A stretch of 64,000 nt of DNA from an uncultured Desulfobacter sp. (GCA_963665095.1 OY762069.1:6144001-6208000), one strand, 5' to 3'. Numbered from the stretch's first letter, positions 29,683 to 40,676 are shown. Numbers and translations: made by a program. Notes: generated by a model from the sequence alone, not told the origin.

Positions 29683-31590
29683 TCAGAGGTCAGACTGTTT
29701 TTTCTGGAAAACCGTCAGAATGATAAACAGGACCAGGCCTGCGCCATGGCACCACATACTCGGCCATATCAGAAGAACACCGGCTGCCAGGAAAAACAGT
29801 CGCAAAAACCAGTTCAAAAGGACCAGATGAAAACCTTCAAAAAAGACGGCAAAACTGAAAAGACCCAGCGTGGCAGCCACAGTGACTTCGGCCACCTCAA
29901 GGTAGTGTCCTTCTCCTAAAATAGGGGTGTATACAAACAAAAGCGGAATAATATAGAGCCCTTTGGCAAGCTTCCAGGATTCAAATCCTGTGGCCAGGGG
30001 CTTGCTGCCCGATATACCGGCAGCGGAATAAGCTGCCAGGCAGACCGGCGGGGTGACATTGGCATCCTGGGAGTACCAGAAGATCAGCATATGCGCGCCA
30101 ATAAGGGATGCGCCCAGCATCTCCAGGGACGGTGCCGCCAGAACTGCCAGGACAATATAGGAGGCAGTCACGGGCAGCCCCATGCCCAGGACCAGAGAGG
30201 CCAAAGCAATGAGGATGATGGTGATCATCAGGCTGCCGCCGGCAATACCGGAGATCATGATGGAGAATTTGATGCCGGCTCCCACCATCAGCACCACGCC
30301 GATGACAATGCCGGAACATAAAAGAATTACACCGGTGGAGACCATGCCTGTGGCGCCCTTGGCAAAGGCGTCAAGAATATCTCTGATGCCCATACGGGTC
30401 TTGGGATTGAGCCAGGAGGCCACCACAATGGAGGCAATCCCTACGCAGGCCGCATAGGTAGGGGTGAACCCGGCCATAAGAAGGCCGATGAGAACCACAA
30501 TGGGGATGAAGAAGTGCCAGCCCTCCTTGAGAACATCTGAAATTTTGGGGATTTCGTGATCCTCCATGACCTTTAAGCCCTCTTTTTTTGCTTTCAGGTG
30601 GACAAAAAAGGCAACGCTTAAGAAATATAGCATGGCCGGGATAATGGCGACGGCTACAATTTTAAGATACGGTATCTGGGTCCACTGACTCATGATAAAG
30701 GCGCCTGCCCCCATGATGGGCGGCATGAGCTGGCCACCGGTGGAAGCGGCCGCTTCCACACCGCCGGCAAATTTGGCGGAAAACCCCACCCGTTTCATCA
30801 GCGGGATGGTAATGGAGCCGGTGCCCACGGTGTTGGCCACGGCAGACCCGGAAATAGATCCCATGAGGCCGCTGGCAAATACCGCCATCTTGGCTGGTCC
30901 GCCCACCATTTTTCCCATTACAGAGATGGAGAGCTTGATAATAAAATCGCCGGCACCTGATTTTAAAAGAAACGCTGCAAACAGTACAAAAAGGAACACA
31001 AAGGTGGAGGAGATGGTGGCAATGGTGCCGAAAATGCCGTCCGGCGCAAAATACATCCGGTAGAGCATTCGTTCAACACTTACGCCGGGAAAACTCCACA
31101 TGCCGCCCATGTACTGCCCGAACCACAGGGCATATCCCAGGAAAATCAGGGCCAGGGCCGGGATGATATAGCCGGATGTCCGCCTTGTGATTTCGATCAT
31201 CAGGATAATGGCAATGCCTGCAAATATCAGATCCGATAAAACAGGAACTTCATTTCGGGCATGCAGGGCATCTTCGAAAAAGACCAGGTACAAGGCTGTG
31301 CAAACAGACAGAACCGCCAGTGCCAGGTCAAGCCATTTAAGTCTGGTGGCAAACCGTTCATTAAAGGGATAAATAATGAATCCCATGAACAGGATAAAAC
31401 CGAAATGAACGGCATTGCGCTGGATTTCAGGCATGACCCCCACTGTATTCACCCACAAATGGAATATGGCCATTAGCACCCCGGTCCAGTAAAGCAGTTT
31501 TTCCAGGCCCGGGCTTAACGTCTTTTTAATGACAATGGCTTCGCCGTCCGTATCCTTTTGCGTTGCACCTTGTGCGGCATCTGAGTTCAT
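29683..31590 (-). CDS. TRAP transporter fused 4TM/12TM permease
   Basis: GSAVANTVGTG, ASTGGQLMPPIMGAGAF, GMGLP, TPPV. Confidence 0.93.
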   Translation of the reverse strand: MNSDAAQGATQKDTDGEAIVIKKTLSPGLEKLLYWTGVLMAIFHLWVNTVGVMPEIQRNAVHFGFILFMGFIIYPFNERFATRLKWLDLALAVLSVCTALYLVFFEDALHARNEVPVLSDLIFAGIAIILMIEITRRTSGYIIPALALIFLGYALWFGQYMGGMWSFPGVSVERMLYRMYFAPDGIFGTIATISSTFVFLFVLFAAFLLKSGAGDFIIKLSISVMGKMVGGPAKMAVFASGLMGSISGSAVANTVGTGSITIPLMKRVGFSAKFAGGVEAAASTGGQLMPPIMGAGAFIMSQWTQIPYLKIVAVAIIPAMLYFLSVAFFVHLKAKKEGLKVMEDHEIPKISDVLKEGWHFFIPIVVLIGLLMAGFTPTYAACVGIASIVVASWLNPKTRMGIRDILDAFAKGATGMVSTGVILLCSGIVIGVVLMVGAGIKFSIMISGIAGGSLMITIILIALASLVLGMGLPVTASYIVLAVLAAPSLEMLGASLIGAHMLIFWYSQDANVTPPVCLAAYSAAGISGSKPLATGFESWKLAKGLYIIPLLFVYTPILGEGHYLEVAEVTVAATLGLFSFAVFFEGFHLVLLNWFLRLFFLAAGVLLIWPSMWCHGAGLVLFIILTVFQKKQSDL

Positions 31591-31756
31591 CTTTTTCCTT
31601 CAACCTTAAATTTCAACAAGATAAGGGCTGTGGCCGGGGCAGTCTGAAACTGATTTTCCGGCCACACACCCAAAAGGAGAAATCCTTATGAATTATTATC
31701 TGGGGAAAAAATAAAAACCAGGGTGGGGAGTCCCCCTGTCCCTGGTATGGTTTTTC

Positions 31757-32761
31757 CTACAACAGGGAAGCAGGAATCTCAAGACCCACTTCTTTATAGT
31801 ATTTGGCAGCCCCGGGGTGCAGGGGAACCGGCAGTCCTGCCATGGCTTTCTTAATAGTCATGACCTTGGTGGCTTTGTGGATGTTTCCCAGGAAGGGCAG
31901 GTTTTCATAGATGGTTTTGGTGATCAGATAAACTGTCTCTTCGGATACCTCCGGGTGTACAGCAAGAAAATTGGGCTGGGCAATGGTATTGATATCCTTT
32001 TTCTGCCCCGGATAGGTGCCGGCCGGAATCACATACCGGTTCCAGATGGGGTATTTTGCATCAATGGTATTAAGCTGGTCGTCTGTGAAATCAAGGACTT
32101 TCATTTTTTTGTCACCCATCTGGGCAAACAGCTGGGTAATGGCGGCAGCAGGAACGCCGGCCGGGATGTTGCAGCCAAGGATGCGCTTGTCCATCATGGC
32201 CTGGGCACTGGGGGTGTATCCCAAATATTCCAGTATCATATCCTTTTCAGGGTCAATGCCCAGCGCAGCAAGGATGGTTCTGCCGGAGCCTTCGGTGCCG
32301 GAACCCCGTTTGCCAATGGAAAATTTTTCGCCCTGGATCTGGCCCAGGTCTGAAATGGTGCCGGTTTTAAGCGCCTTGGCGCTCAGGGCAAAGTGCTCCA
32401 CATTTTCCCAGAGCATGGTGATGGAGCGAAAATCCGTAACAGGCTTGCCTTCATAAGGTCCCATGCCCTTATATGCATTCAGCCCGAAAAGGGACTGCAG
32501 AATGGCCAGCTGGGCTTCCTTTTTCTTGAGCATCTGGATGTTCTCCCCGGAACCGGCGGAATTGATGGCTGTCACCGTGATCTGATGGCTTTTGGCCAGC
32601 TTGATACTCGCAAGTGTGCCAATGGCAACCCCCACGGGATAATAGGTCCCACCAGTGGTGGCGGTGGCAAGGATCAGGCTTTCTCCGGCGGTCAGGGCCG
32701 GGACATTGAAAGCAACTGCCATACACAGGGCGATCATCGAAATCCACAATTTTTTCAACAT
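31757..32761 (-). CDS. TAXI-family TRAP solute-binding protein
   Basis: TATTGGTYY, SAGSGEN, GSGT, PLHPGAAKYYKE; start set at ATG 32761 after AAGGAGG. Confidence 0.92.
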   Translation of the reverse strand: MLKKLWISMIALCMAVAFNVPALTAGESLILATATTGGTYYPVGVAIGTLASIKLAKSHQITVTAINSAGSGENIQMLKKKEAQLAILQSLFGLNAYKGMGPYEGKPVTDFRSITMLWENVEHFALSAKALKTGTISDLGQIQGEKFSIGKRGSGTEGSGRTILAALGIDPEKDMILEYLGYTPSAQAMMDKRILGCNIPAGVPAAAITQLFAQMGDKKMKVLDFTDDQLNTIDAKYPIWNRYVIPAGTYPGQKKDINTIAQPNFLAVHPEVSEETVYLITKTIYENLPFLGNIHKATKVMTIKKAMAGLPVPLHPGAAKYYKEVGLEIPASLL

Positions 32762-32852
32762 TTTAACCTCCTTCACACGTTTTGGGTATTGAAGTTAACT
32801 ATTAGCCAAGTCTTTACTCAGCCTTCTTTTTTATGCTATTTCAAAACAAAAG

Positions 32853-32871
32853 TCAGATGTCAGACAACTGA
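32853..32871. promoter_or_regulatory. Candidate GntR/FadR operator
   Basis: Near-palindrome TCAGATGTCAGACAACTGA between the divergent TAXI and larA-like genes. Confidence 0.55.
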
Positions 32872-32925
32872 TTTACTAATCTGAACTTTTTGTGTTTGTC
32901 AACAAAATTTATATCTGGATTGAAA

Positions 32926-34212
32926 ATGAGATACCCGGCATACCTTGAAGAAAAATTTAATTTCCCCGAATTTTACCGGGTTAGACTGGCCCCCCCCTCC
33001 ATGGCACTATCGGATCCGGCCGGCACCTTAAACGCGCAACTGGTCTTGGCCCTGGATCAGGCAGGGGTTGAACCCGGGCAGACCGTGGCCATTGGTGTGG
33101 GAAGCCGGGGTATCAACAGAATTCCGGAGCTTGTGGCGCAAATCTGCCGGAGCATCAGGGCAATGGGTGCCGATCCCGTGATCATCCCGGCCATGGGAAG
33201 CCACGGCAGTGCCACCCCTGAAGGCCAGGAAAAGACCCTTGCCAAACTCGGCATCACGTCAGGTGTCTGTGACGCCCCGGTTGAACCGGACATGGCCGCT
33301 GTCCAGGTTGGCACCGTGTTTGACAATGTCCCTGTCTATTTTTCAAAAAAAGCACTGCAGGCCGATCACAGCATCTGCATCAACCGCATCAAACCCCACA
33401 CCAAATTCAAAGGAAGTGTGGAGAGCGGGCTTTATAAAATGCTTGTGGTGGGCATGGGGAAACATACCGGGGCGCTTACCTACCATAATTTCGCACTGAA
33501 GCATGGATTTTATAAGTTGCTCAGGGTCATGGGTGACACCGTGATTGAGAAGACGAATTTTCGGCTGGGCATTGGTGTGGTGGAGGACGCCTATGATCAG
33601 GTAATGAATATTGAGGTGATTCCGGCAGCTCAGATCCGTGCCAGGGAACCCGGCCTTTTGGCCCAGGCCAAGTCCCATTTCCCCAGCCTGCCTTATAAAG
33701 AGCTGGATCTTCTGGTGGTTCAGCAGATCGGAAAGGAGATTTCAGGCTCGGGCATGGATCCCAATGTCACGGGCCGCACCTGTGATCTGATGGAAGATGA
33801 TTTTTCTAAAAGTCTTGATGTTAAGCGGGTGGTGATTCTGGGGCTTTCTCCAAACACCGCAGGCAATGCCATTGGTCTTGGCAATGCAGACATTATCACT
33901 GAAAAGGTGTTTGCGGGCATGGATTACCAGGCCACCCTCATGAATGCCCTGACTTCCATGTCCTTAAAAAAAGCATCCATTCCCATCCGGCTGCCCAGCG
34001 AAGAAAAAGCCATCCAGGCGGGATTTTTAACCATCGGCCCTGTGGCGGCTGAAGATGTGAGGGCCGTTATTATCAAAGATACCATGCACACCACTGATTT
34101 TTTGGTGAGTGCCGGCCTGGTTGCTGAGACAGAAAAATTGCCCCATCTCAAGGAGATAACGCCTTGTCCCGTCAATTTTCTTCCCTCCGGTGAATTACTG
34201 CCCTGGCCATAA
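32926..34212 (+). CDS. Lactate racemase (LarA)-domain protein
   Basis: GSRGI, PAMGSHG.ATPEGQ, NRIKPHT, ESGLYKM..VGMGK, GKEISGSGMDPNV. Confidence 0.8.
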   Translation: MRYPAYLEEKFNFPEFYRVRLAPPSMALSDPAGTLNAQLVLALDQAGVEPGQTVAIGVGSRGINRIPELVAQICRSIRAMGADPVIIPAMGSHGSATPEGQEKTLAKLGITSGVCDAPVEPDMAAVQVGTVFDNVPVYFSKKALQADHSICINRIKPHTKFKGSVESGLYKMLVVGMGKHTGALTYHNFALKHGFYKLLRVMGDTVIEKTNFRLGIGVVEDAYDQVMNIEVIPAAQIRAREPGLLAQAKSHFPSLPYKELDLLVVQQIGKEISGSGMDPNVTGRTCDLMEDDFSKSLDVKRVVILGLSPNTAGNAIGLGNADIITEKVFAGMDYQATLMNALTSMSLKKASIPIRLPSEEKAIQAGFLTIGPVAAEDVRAVIIKDTMHTTDFLVSAGLVAETEKLPHLKEITPCPVNFLPSGELLPWP

Positions 34213-34347
34213 CCCTGACAGCCCCGCAGAATACCTGTGAATCCGGATTCCAGAACCTGTTTAAAATTTTTTTGAGGGTGATTCACACAGGCAATTATGA
34301 TAGAACAGGTGTGCGTTAACATGCATGATTTTTAAAGAGGAATACCA

Positions 34348-35391
34348 ATGTCCGGCACGCCACGCATCAACCGTTTTTTATTTGCCCTGACTCTTATTTC
34401 AGGAATAGTTCTATTTGCAGCCACAACTTTATCTGCAAGAGAAGCGTATCTTTTTACCGGCCGGACAATGGGCACCACCTATGCCATTCAGATCGTCTCT
34501 GCCAAACCATTGTTAAAATCATTATGGCAGGAAAAAATTGATCTGCGCCTGAAGCAGGTAAACGCCTGCCTCTCCATGTATCAGAAAGACAGTGAACTCT
34601 CCCGGTTTAATGTCCTCCCGGCTGACAGGCCTTTTACCGCCTCCCCGGACTTTTATCAGGTACTGGCCCAGTGCAAAGACCTTTATACCCTGACCCAGGG
34701 CGCCTGGGACGGCACTGTCAAACCCCTGGTGGATCTTTGGGGCTTCGGTACCAAAGGGCGCAGAACAACGCCTCCGGAGGCTGTCGAGATCGCTTCAGCC
34801 CTGGCACGCACCGGATTTGACAAACTTGACCTCTCAGGGCATACCCTGACCAAAACAACACCGGGGGTTACCCTGGATTTAGGCTCCATTGCCAAAGGGT
34901 TTGGTGTGGATGCGGTTGCCCGCCTGATCCATGACAGCGGGATTAAAAACTATCTTGTGGAGATTGGCGGAGAACTTGCGGGCCGGGGTAGAAACAGACA
35001 CAGAAAAGTCTGGACCGTGGGGATTTCAAAACCGGAAAAGGGCCAGCTATCTCCCGGGTTGTGTGATCGGCTTCACCTGGACAATATGGCCATTGCCACC
35101 AGCGGCAATTACAGAAACTATTTTGAAAAACAGGGCCAGGTATTCTCCCATATTATCCATCCCAAGACTGGATACCCTGTTAAAAATATCGTGATATCAG
35201 CTTCTGTCATTGCAGAGAACTGCACAAGGGCTGACGGGCTTGCCACTGCGTTGATGGTCATGGACCCGGACCACTCCCTGGACCTGATCAACGGCCTTGA
35301 AAATACCGAATGCCTGATTATTCGCCAGGACAACGGCAAGCGAACAGTATTGCGATCCTCTGGTTTTAAAACCTATGAAATGGGTCTGTAG
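34348..35391 (+). CDS. apbE: FAD:protein FMN transferase
   Basis: TMGT, SELSRFN, DLGSIAKG, EIGGE, ATSGNY, SHIIHP, ADGLAT. Confidence 0.93.
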   Translation: MSGTPRINRFLFALTLISGIVLFAATTLSAREAYLFTGRTMGTTYAIQIVSAKPLLKSLWQEKIDLRLKQVNACLSMYQKDSELSRFNVLPADRPFTASPDFYQVLAQCKDLYTLTQGAWDGTVKPLVDLWGFGTKGRRTTPPEAVEIASALARTGFDKLDLSGHTLTKTTPGVTLDLGSIAKGFGVDAVARLIHDSGIKNYLVEIGGELAGRGRNRHRKVWTVGISKPEKGQLSPGLCDRLHLDNMAIATSGNYRNYFEKQGQVFSHIIHPKTGYPVKNIVISASVIAENCTRADGLATALMVMDPDHSLDLINGLENTECLIIRQDNGKRTVLRSSGFKTYEMGL

Positions 35392-35730
35392 ACGCGCGTC
35401 ATGACCCATGGTGGCGGCTAAATAATAATTTGTCTTATAGGGTGGCTTTTACTATATTGGCAAAAAAATATCCAATTTGTTAAAAAAATTAAATAGTTGC
35501 GGAGTTGAAAGCCTGGATTAAGACATTTGAAAAAATGCTGGCAGACTTTCCAAAACTCTGGTTGCCGTCATTTGCGTTTGCTTTGGCCCGAATTGTCCTT
35601 CTGATTCCCTCCCCCCTGATTCCTGTGCTGTGTTTTGAGGTGGTATCCATGTTAATTTAACCCCTTTGCCAACGGGTCTGTGGGTAGAGTTATGAAAACA
35701 AATAACCATGAACAGCTTTTAAAGTACCAA

Positions 35731-37533
35731 TCAGGCGTACATGTCATCAATGAGGTCATTGTTGTTTTCAATGACTTTAAAGCGTTTCAGCTTTTGCAAA
35801 GCTGTGAGTTCTCCGTTTTCCTCGGTCAACGGTTCAGCGAGAATGGAGAATTTTTTTATCTGCTCCACCCTTGAAAATTTTTCATTTACCCGGGCAACAT
35901 GGGTATCTATTTCACGGGCGACAAGATCAAGTTCCAAAAGATCGGTATAGGTATCCACCTGCTCTCCCCGGTTGCCGGCCCAGGCTTTGCCGCCCTCAAG
36001 ACTTAAGGCCAGAAGCGCTGTGAGATATTTTTTGCCTTCCCCTACGACTACTGCATGTTCGATCAAAGGCGATCTCATCAGTTCCCCTTCTATTTTGGCC
36101 GGGGTGATGTTTTTGGCGCCGGAAGTGATGATGATGTCCTTTTTTCTGCCGGTGATAAACAGATATCCCTGTGAATCAATGAACCCTACATCTCCGGTAT
36201 AAAGCCATCCGTCTTTGAAGGTGGTTTCGTTGAGTTCAGGCTCATTATGGTACCCCGGAGAAACCATGTCGCTTTTGATCAGGATCTCACCGTCATCAGC
36301 GATTTTCACTTCTGAAAAAGGAAAGGCTTTGCCCACTGAGCCGAATTTAAGAAAATCCCTGGTTTCAGCAGATCCCATGCCCAGGGATTCGGTCTGGCCG
36401 TACACCTGGCAGATCCAGATGCCAATGGAGAAGAAAAAATCAATGACCTTCCTGGAAGAGACCGCTCCGCCGGTCATGATATGTCTGGCATCCTTAAAAC
36501 AGCCAAGTACGTCCAGCACCCTTGCAATCACCATGTCATAGGCTTTTTCGTACTCTTCTTTAAGCTGCGGGGATATGGCGGTCTTCTCATAAAGATGCAT
36601 ATTGTAGGTTTTGCCGGTACTAATAGCCTGGTCAAACACTTCCTGTTGTGCAGCAGGCATTTGGGCTTTGTAGGCCATAATGCCCTCATACATTTTTTCC
36701 CAGATTCTTGGCAGGGCCACCAGAATGGTTGGCTGTATCTGCTTTAAATCTTCCATGGCATTGCTCAGATCGCCGAAATAAACGCATGCCCCGGTTGAAA
36801 GGGGGGCGGTCATTGACAAATTGCGTTCAAAAACATGTGCCAAGGTTAAAAAGCAGATATGTTTAATCCGGGGGATGGTGGTGTCTTCCGTTAAAAATTT
36901 CTGCCAAAGGGAAACACTTTGAGCAGTTGCAAAATAATTTTTCTGGCTGAGAATCACCGCCTTAGGGTTGCCTGTGGTACCGGAGGTGTAAATATAGGTG
37001 GCAGCCATGTTTTCGGTGACACTGTTGCGGCATTGGGTTAATTCATCATCTGTGACGTTTTCGCATAATCTTTCAAATGAAGGCAGATCCGTAAGCATAT
37101 CGATGTCTGAAGGGGCGCTTCCATTCAGCAACACCACCTTTTCCAGGCCGGGCATTTTACTGATCACAGGCTCAATTCTCTGGAAATAGCTGATATCATC
37201 AACAAACAAAAGCCTTGCCCCGGAATGATTCACAATATAGGCGATCTGGTCACCACTGCTTGTAATATATATAGGCGCAACCACGGCACCCATGGTCATT
37301 GCAGACATATCAGTCACAAACCATTTGGGGGAACCCGGGCCGATCAAAGATATTTTGTCGCCTTGTTTTATGCCGTAGCCCATCAGGGCCTTAGATAAAC
37401 GGTTGATTTTGCGGCCATAGTCGCGCCAGGTCATTTCCTGCCAGGCCCCGTTTTCTTCCCGGAATTTTAAATAAACCTGATCCGGTGTGTCCTGAACCCG
37501 TTTGTCCAAAAGTGAACCCAGTGTTTTTTCCAT
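35731..37533 (-). CDS. Long-chain acyl-CoA ligase (AMP-forming, FadD-like)
   Basis: YTSGTTGNPK, YGQTE, TGDVG, GRKKDIIITSG, ELTALQKLKR. Confidence 0.92.
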   Translation of the reverse strand: MEKTLGSLLDKRVQDTPDQVYLKFREENGAWQEMTWRDYGRKINRLSKALMGYGIKQGDKISLIGPGSPKWFVTDMSAMTMGAVVAPIYITSSGDQIAYIVNHSGARLLFVDDISYFQRIEPVISKMPGLEKVVLLNGSAPSDIDMLTDLPSFERLCENVTDDELTQCRNSVTENMAATYIYTSGTTGNPKAVILSQKNYFATAQSVSLWQKFLTEDTTIPRIKHICFLTLAHVFERNLSMTAPLSTGACVYFGDLSNAMEDLKQIQPTILVALPRIWEKMYEGIMAYKAQMPAAQQEVFDQAISTGKTYNMHLYEKTAISPQLKEEYEKAYDMVIARVLDVLGCFKDARHIMTGGAVSSRKVIDFFFSIGIWICQVYGQTESLGMGSAETRDFLKFGSVGKAFPFSEVKIADDGEILIKSDMVSPGYHNEPELNETTFKDGWLYTGDVGFIDSQGYLFITGRKKDIIITSGAKNITPAKIEGELMRSPLIEHAVVVGEGKKYLTALLALSLEGGKAWAGNRGEQVDTYTDLLELDLVAREIDTHVARVNEKFSRVEQIKKFSILAEPLTEENGELTALQKLKRFKVIENNNDLIDDMYA

Positions 37534-37634
37534 AGTATCCCCCTTTATTGTCTAAATATGTCAGATTTTCATTTGATTTCCATAACAGGATCCGTCAGCC
37601 GGCCTTGCTTCACCATGCAGCCTCCAGGGTACCA

Positions 37635-37690
37635 ATAGTGAATATTATCTTAACGCAACTATAAAAAACAAAATCAGTAGTGAATACTAT
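37635..37690. promoter_or_regulatory. Two candidate TetR operators upstream of fadD
   Basis: ATAGTGAATATTAT (37635-48) and GTAGTGAATACTAT (37677-90); same motif recurs at 46982, 47713, 47851. Confidence 0.6.
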
Positions 37691-37996
37691 TCTTTTTCTA
37701 AAAACCACTATTTCTATTTTGATTATTTGTCAAGCTTTTTTTTAAAACTTCGCTTTTTGCCGCCTTTTTAAAATCATACCCACACTGGTATCAATGCCCT
37801 GGTCAGGGCCAATGCATGTAAAAACTAAGCTTAATCCCCAGTAATCTTTACTCCCCTCCCCCCAACGTGCTTCCTCGCTATCGGGATCGCTGTTGCTATC
37901 GAAAATATTTCAGTGCGCGGCACTGAAAACGAATATCCCGGAATTCATTCCCCCCCATTCCCCAAAGCCCCGGCATTAAAAGCCTTGGTTCAACCC

Positions 37997-38276
37997 GTTC
38001 CGGGTCGTGCACCTGCCGTTCGCTGAAATCCGTTTGCAGAATACCTAATTTGTATAGTTAAACGGCAAAAACTGCGGTCCAGTAGGTCCTCAAACAGGTG
38101 TAAGCATAGCTTCTCTTCGAGCGCCGTTCTTAACACTACGCGGCATTAAGAATTTGTAACAAACGAATTCCTGATGCTCTCTTGCAGGCACACGATTCTC
38201 CACTGGAAGATGGAAACAATATCACAGAAAATAAATATGCCATTGTCTTGGAAGTTGCCGGGGAGGCCTTAGGTGG
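37997..38276 (+). repeat. Left copy of a direct repeat flanking the island (split by 180 bp)
   Basis: 37997-38025 matches 46648-46676 (26/29); 38203-38276 matches 46674-46747 (71/74). Confidence 0.85.
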
Positions 38277-38682
38277 GCTATTGTAGATCACGGTGAGAAT
38301 TGAAATTATCCCCGCAATATATCTACTATTGAATGCTGTTTTGAAATAGGCCTGGGGGGAGGATAAATAGGCAAAAGGCTCGCTTTCTCAGATGTCCACC
38401 AGAGGCAGGAGTATATATATAATTGATTCTTGAGAGTTGGGCCGAACCACAAGATATGGTATCTGAATTCAAATTGGGAACCTGGGCTTTAATACCATTA
38501 TGTTGCGAGCTGGCCTAACATGTTAAATTTAAAGGCGATTTTAGCTACCCATATTGCAAATCAATATTGCATTAAAATTCAACATGTTAACCCTCCTTTT
38601 TAAAATTTTAAAAATCAGTGGCAACATAATTTTTTGTTTTACTACATACCCCTCCAAAGATAGCAAAAGCTGCTTCAGTGGT

Positions 38683-39702
38683 TCATAAACTGTCAAGCCA
38701 GGCAAGGATTTCAGCACTATTTCCCCAGTCGATTAACTCATCAATTTTTTTGTCATGAGTTATTTTCGATTGCATGTATTCCATGAGCGTATTTTGGACT
38801 TCCCGTTTTTTTGACAGATCCAGCTGCAGATAGGTCATTGTTGATTCAATACTTTGATGACCAAGACGATTTTTGATATCCGATACCGGAGCACCTGAAC
38901 TGACCATGTTGACTGCGCACGAATGCCTGAAGCAGTGAGCCGGGCTCAGTCCTTTCAGCCTTTTTTCCGGCAAGGCCAAGGTCAAATATTTCCTGCAAAT
39001 CTTATTTATTCCGTGCCGAGTCATTTCCCGCTTCCGTTGATTGATAAACAGCCTATGGGCAAATAAAGGGATGGGATCTACCCTGTGATTGCTGATATAG
39101 TCCGAGATCAACGAGGCTGTTCTGGAGCATAGATTAATCAACCGGTATCGGTTTCCCTTTCCCAGGACCGCAATGGTTTCGTTTTCAGGATCAAAATAAT
39201 CAAATTCCAATGTGGCAATTTCACTGGCCCGGGCACCGGAGTCATAAAGCAGATGGAGAATGGTAAAGTCCCTCATGCCTTCTTTCTTTTTCAGATCTAC
39301 GGCACTAAAGACTTTCATGATTTCTTCGGGATATAAAAACCCCATCACCTTTTTTTGAGCTCTTTTCTGAGGGATGTTCAGGAGGCTCTCGGCAATTCTT
39401 TTTTTATCCGGATGCATGAAGCGGATCATCTTAGCCAAAGACTTGATCACAGCCAGGCGTTGGTTTCGAGTCTGCACGCTATTTTTTCGATTTTTTTCCA
39501 GATGCTGGAGAAAGGCAAGCACTGCATCCACCGTTAAGTGTTCTATTTTCAATGACTTGATTTTTATTGAGTGATGATTCGCCAAAAAATGCAGGAATAA
39601 AGACAGGCTCTGCCGGTAAGCTTGAACACTTTGTTTGCTCGTCCCTTTTATCGAGGGCAAGTATTCATAAAAATACTGGTGCAGGCAACTTGTCAATCTC
39701 AT
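38683..39702 (-). CDS. Tyrosine recombinase (RitC-like)
   Basis: SVQTRNQRLA, GARASE, GKG, HCFRHS, LGH, TMTY. Confidence 0.92.
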   Translation of the reverse strand: MRLTSCLHQYFYEYLPSIKGTSKQSVQAYRQSLSLFLHFLANHHSIKIKSLKIEHLTVDAVLAFLQHLEKNRKNSVQTRNQRLAVIKSLAKMIRFMHPDKKRIAESLLNIPQKRAQKKVMGFLYPEEIMKVFSAVDLKKKEGMRDFTILHLLYDSGARASEIATLEFDYFDPENETIAVLGKGNRYRLINLCSRTASLISDYISNHRVDPIPLFAHRLFINQRKREMTRHGINKICRKYLTLALPEKRLKGLSPAHCFRHSCAVNMVSSGAPVSDIKNRLGHQSIESTMTYLQLDLSKKREVQNTLMEYMQSKITHDKKIDELIDWGNSAEILAWLDSL

Positions 39703-40676
39703 GCACCCTCGCTTTTTGATCTCGAGAAATCAAACAGTTGCCGACGGTGCTCAGCATCCAGTACCTTCAAATAATAGGTCGTGTATTTGTATTTGCTGTG
39801 CCCCATATAAGCCGCCAGTACAGGCAGGGCATTTTGGCAGGATTTTCCTCGCTGTTTTATCCTTTTCAGCGTGTTCACAGCAAACGAATGCCGCAGGGAA
39901 TGATGAGAAGGCTGGCTGAAGTTTGTAGTACCGATTATTTTCCTGGAGTGATCAAGATTAATATCTGTGAGTGCCTGTTTAAATCTGCGATTTATAAACA
40001 TACGTACTAGTTTTTTCCCTTTCACCTTTACCAGCAAAAAAGGGCTGTCATCCTCATCAGGGAATAACCGGCGAACTTTTAGCAGGTTGTTGATTTCATG
40101 GGCTACGGCTTTGGGTATAGGGATCAATCGATCTTTTCTAAATTTTGTCTTTTCAATATAGATTGTTCTTTCTTCGGGCCTGTAATGGGTTTTCAATAAA
40201 TTAATGGTCTCCGAGGTTCTAAGTCCGCACCGGGCCATCAACAAAAAGGCAATATAAGCGCTGAAATCTGACACATAGAATCTTTGACTTGTCCGCAGCG
40301 ACTTGACTGCAGCCTTGAGAAAACGGTCAGTTTCTTCCGGAGAAAATATAAAAGGAATAACGAGATTTTCCTGTAGCTCAGTGATTTCCTGTAACGGATT
40401 TTCCAGGATCACATCCTTGCGTATAAGATAATTGAAAAAGATCTTGAGCATTCTAAAAATCGTATTTATGGACCGGGGTTCAAGATCAAGTTCTGCTCTG
40501 AACCGGATAAAAAACAGCGGATCAAAGGATGCCCAAGTCACTTGTTTTTCAGATACATATCGATCAAGCACCCTAAGACCGTATATCATTGAGGTGTTTG
40601 AGTACCCCAGTTGAAAACGATATTCGAGGAAATCCTCCATTGGTTCAGCCAAAAAACTTTTAAAACGTTTCATCAA
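39699..40676 (-). CDS. Tyrosine recombinase (RitB-like)
   Basis: GLRTSE, TKFRKDR, HSLRHSFAV, LPVLAAYMGH, TTYY. Confidence 0.92.
   Translation of the reverse strand: MMKRFKSFLAEPMEDFLEYRFQLGYSNTSMIYGLRVLDRYVSEKQVTWASFDPLFFIRFRAELDLEPRSINTIFRMLKIFFNYLIRKDVILENPLQEITELQENLVIPFIFSPEETDRFLKAAVKSLRTSQRFYVSDFSAYIAFLLMARCGLRTSETINLLKTHYRPEERTIYIEKTKFRKDRLIPIPKAVAHEINNLLKVRRLFPDEDDSPFLLVKVKGKKLVRMFINRRFKQALTDINLDHSRKIIGTTNFSQPSHHSLRHSFAVNTLKRIKQRGKSCQNALPVLAAYMGHSKYKYTTYYLKVLDAEHRRQLFDFSRSKSEGA

Noticed and set aside
37865..37910. GCTATCG-type short repeat
   Set aside because: Only two or three degenerate units; too weak to call
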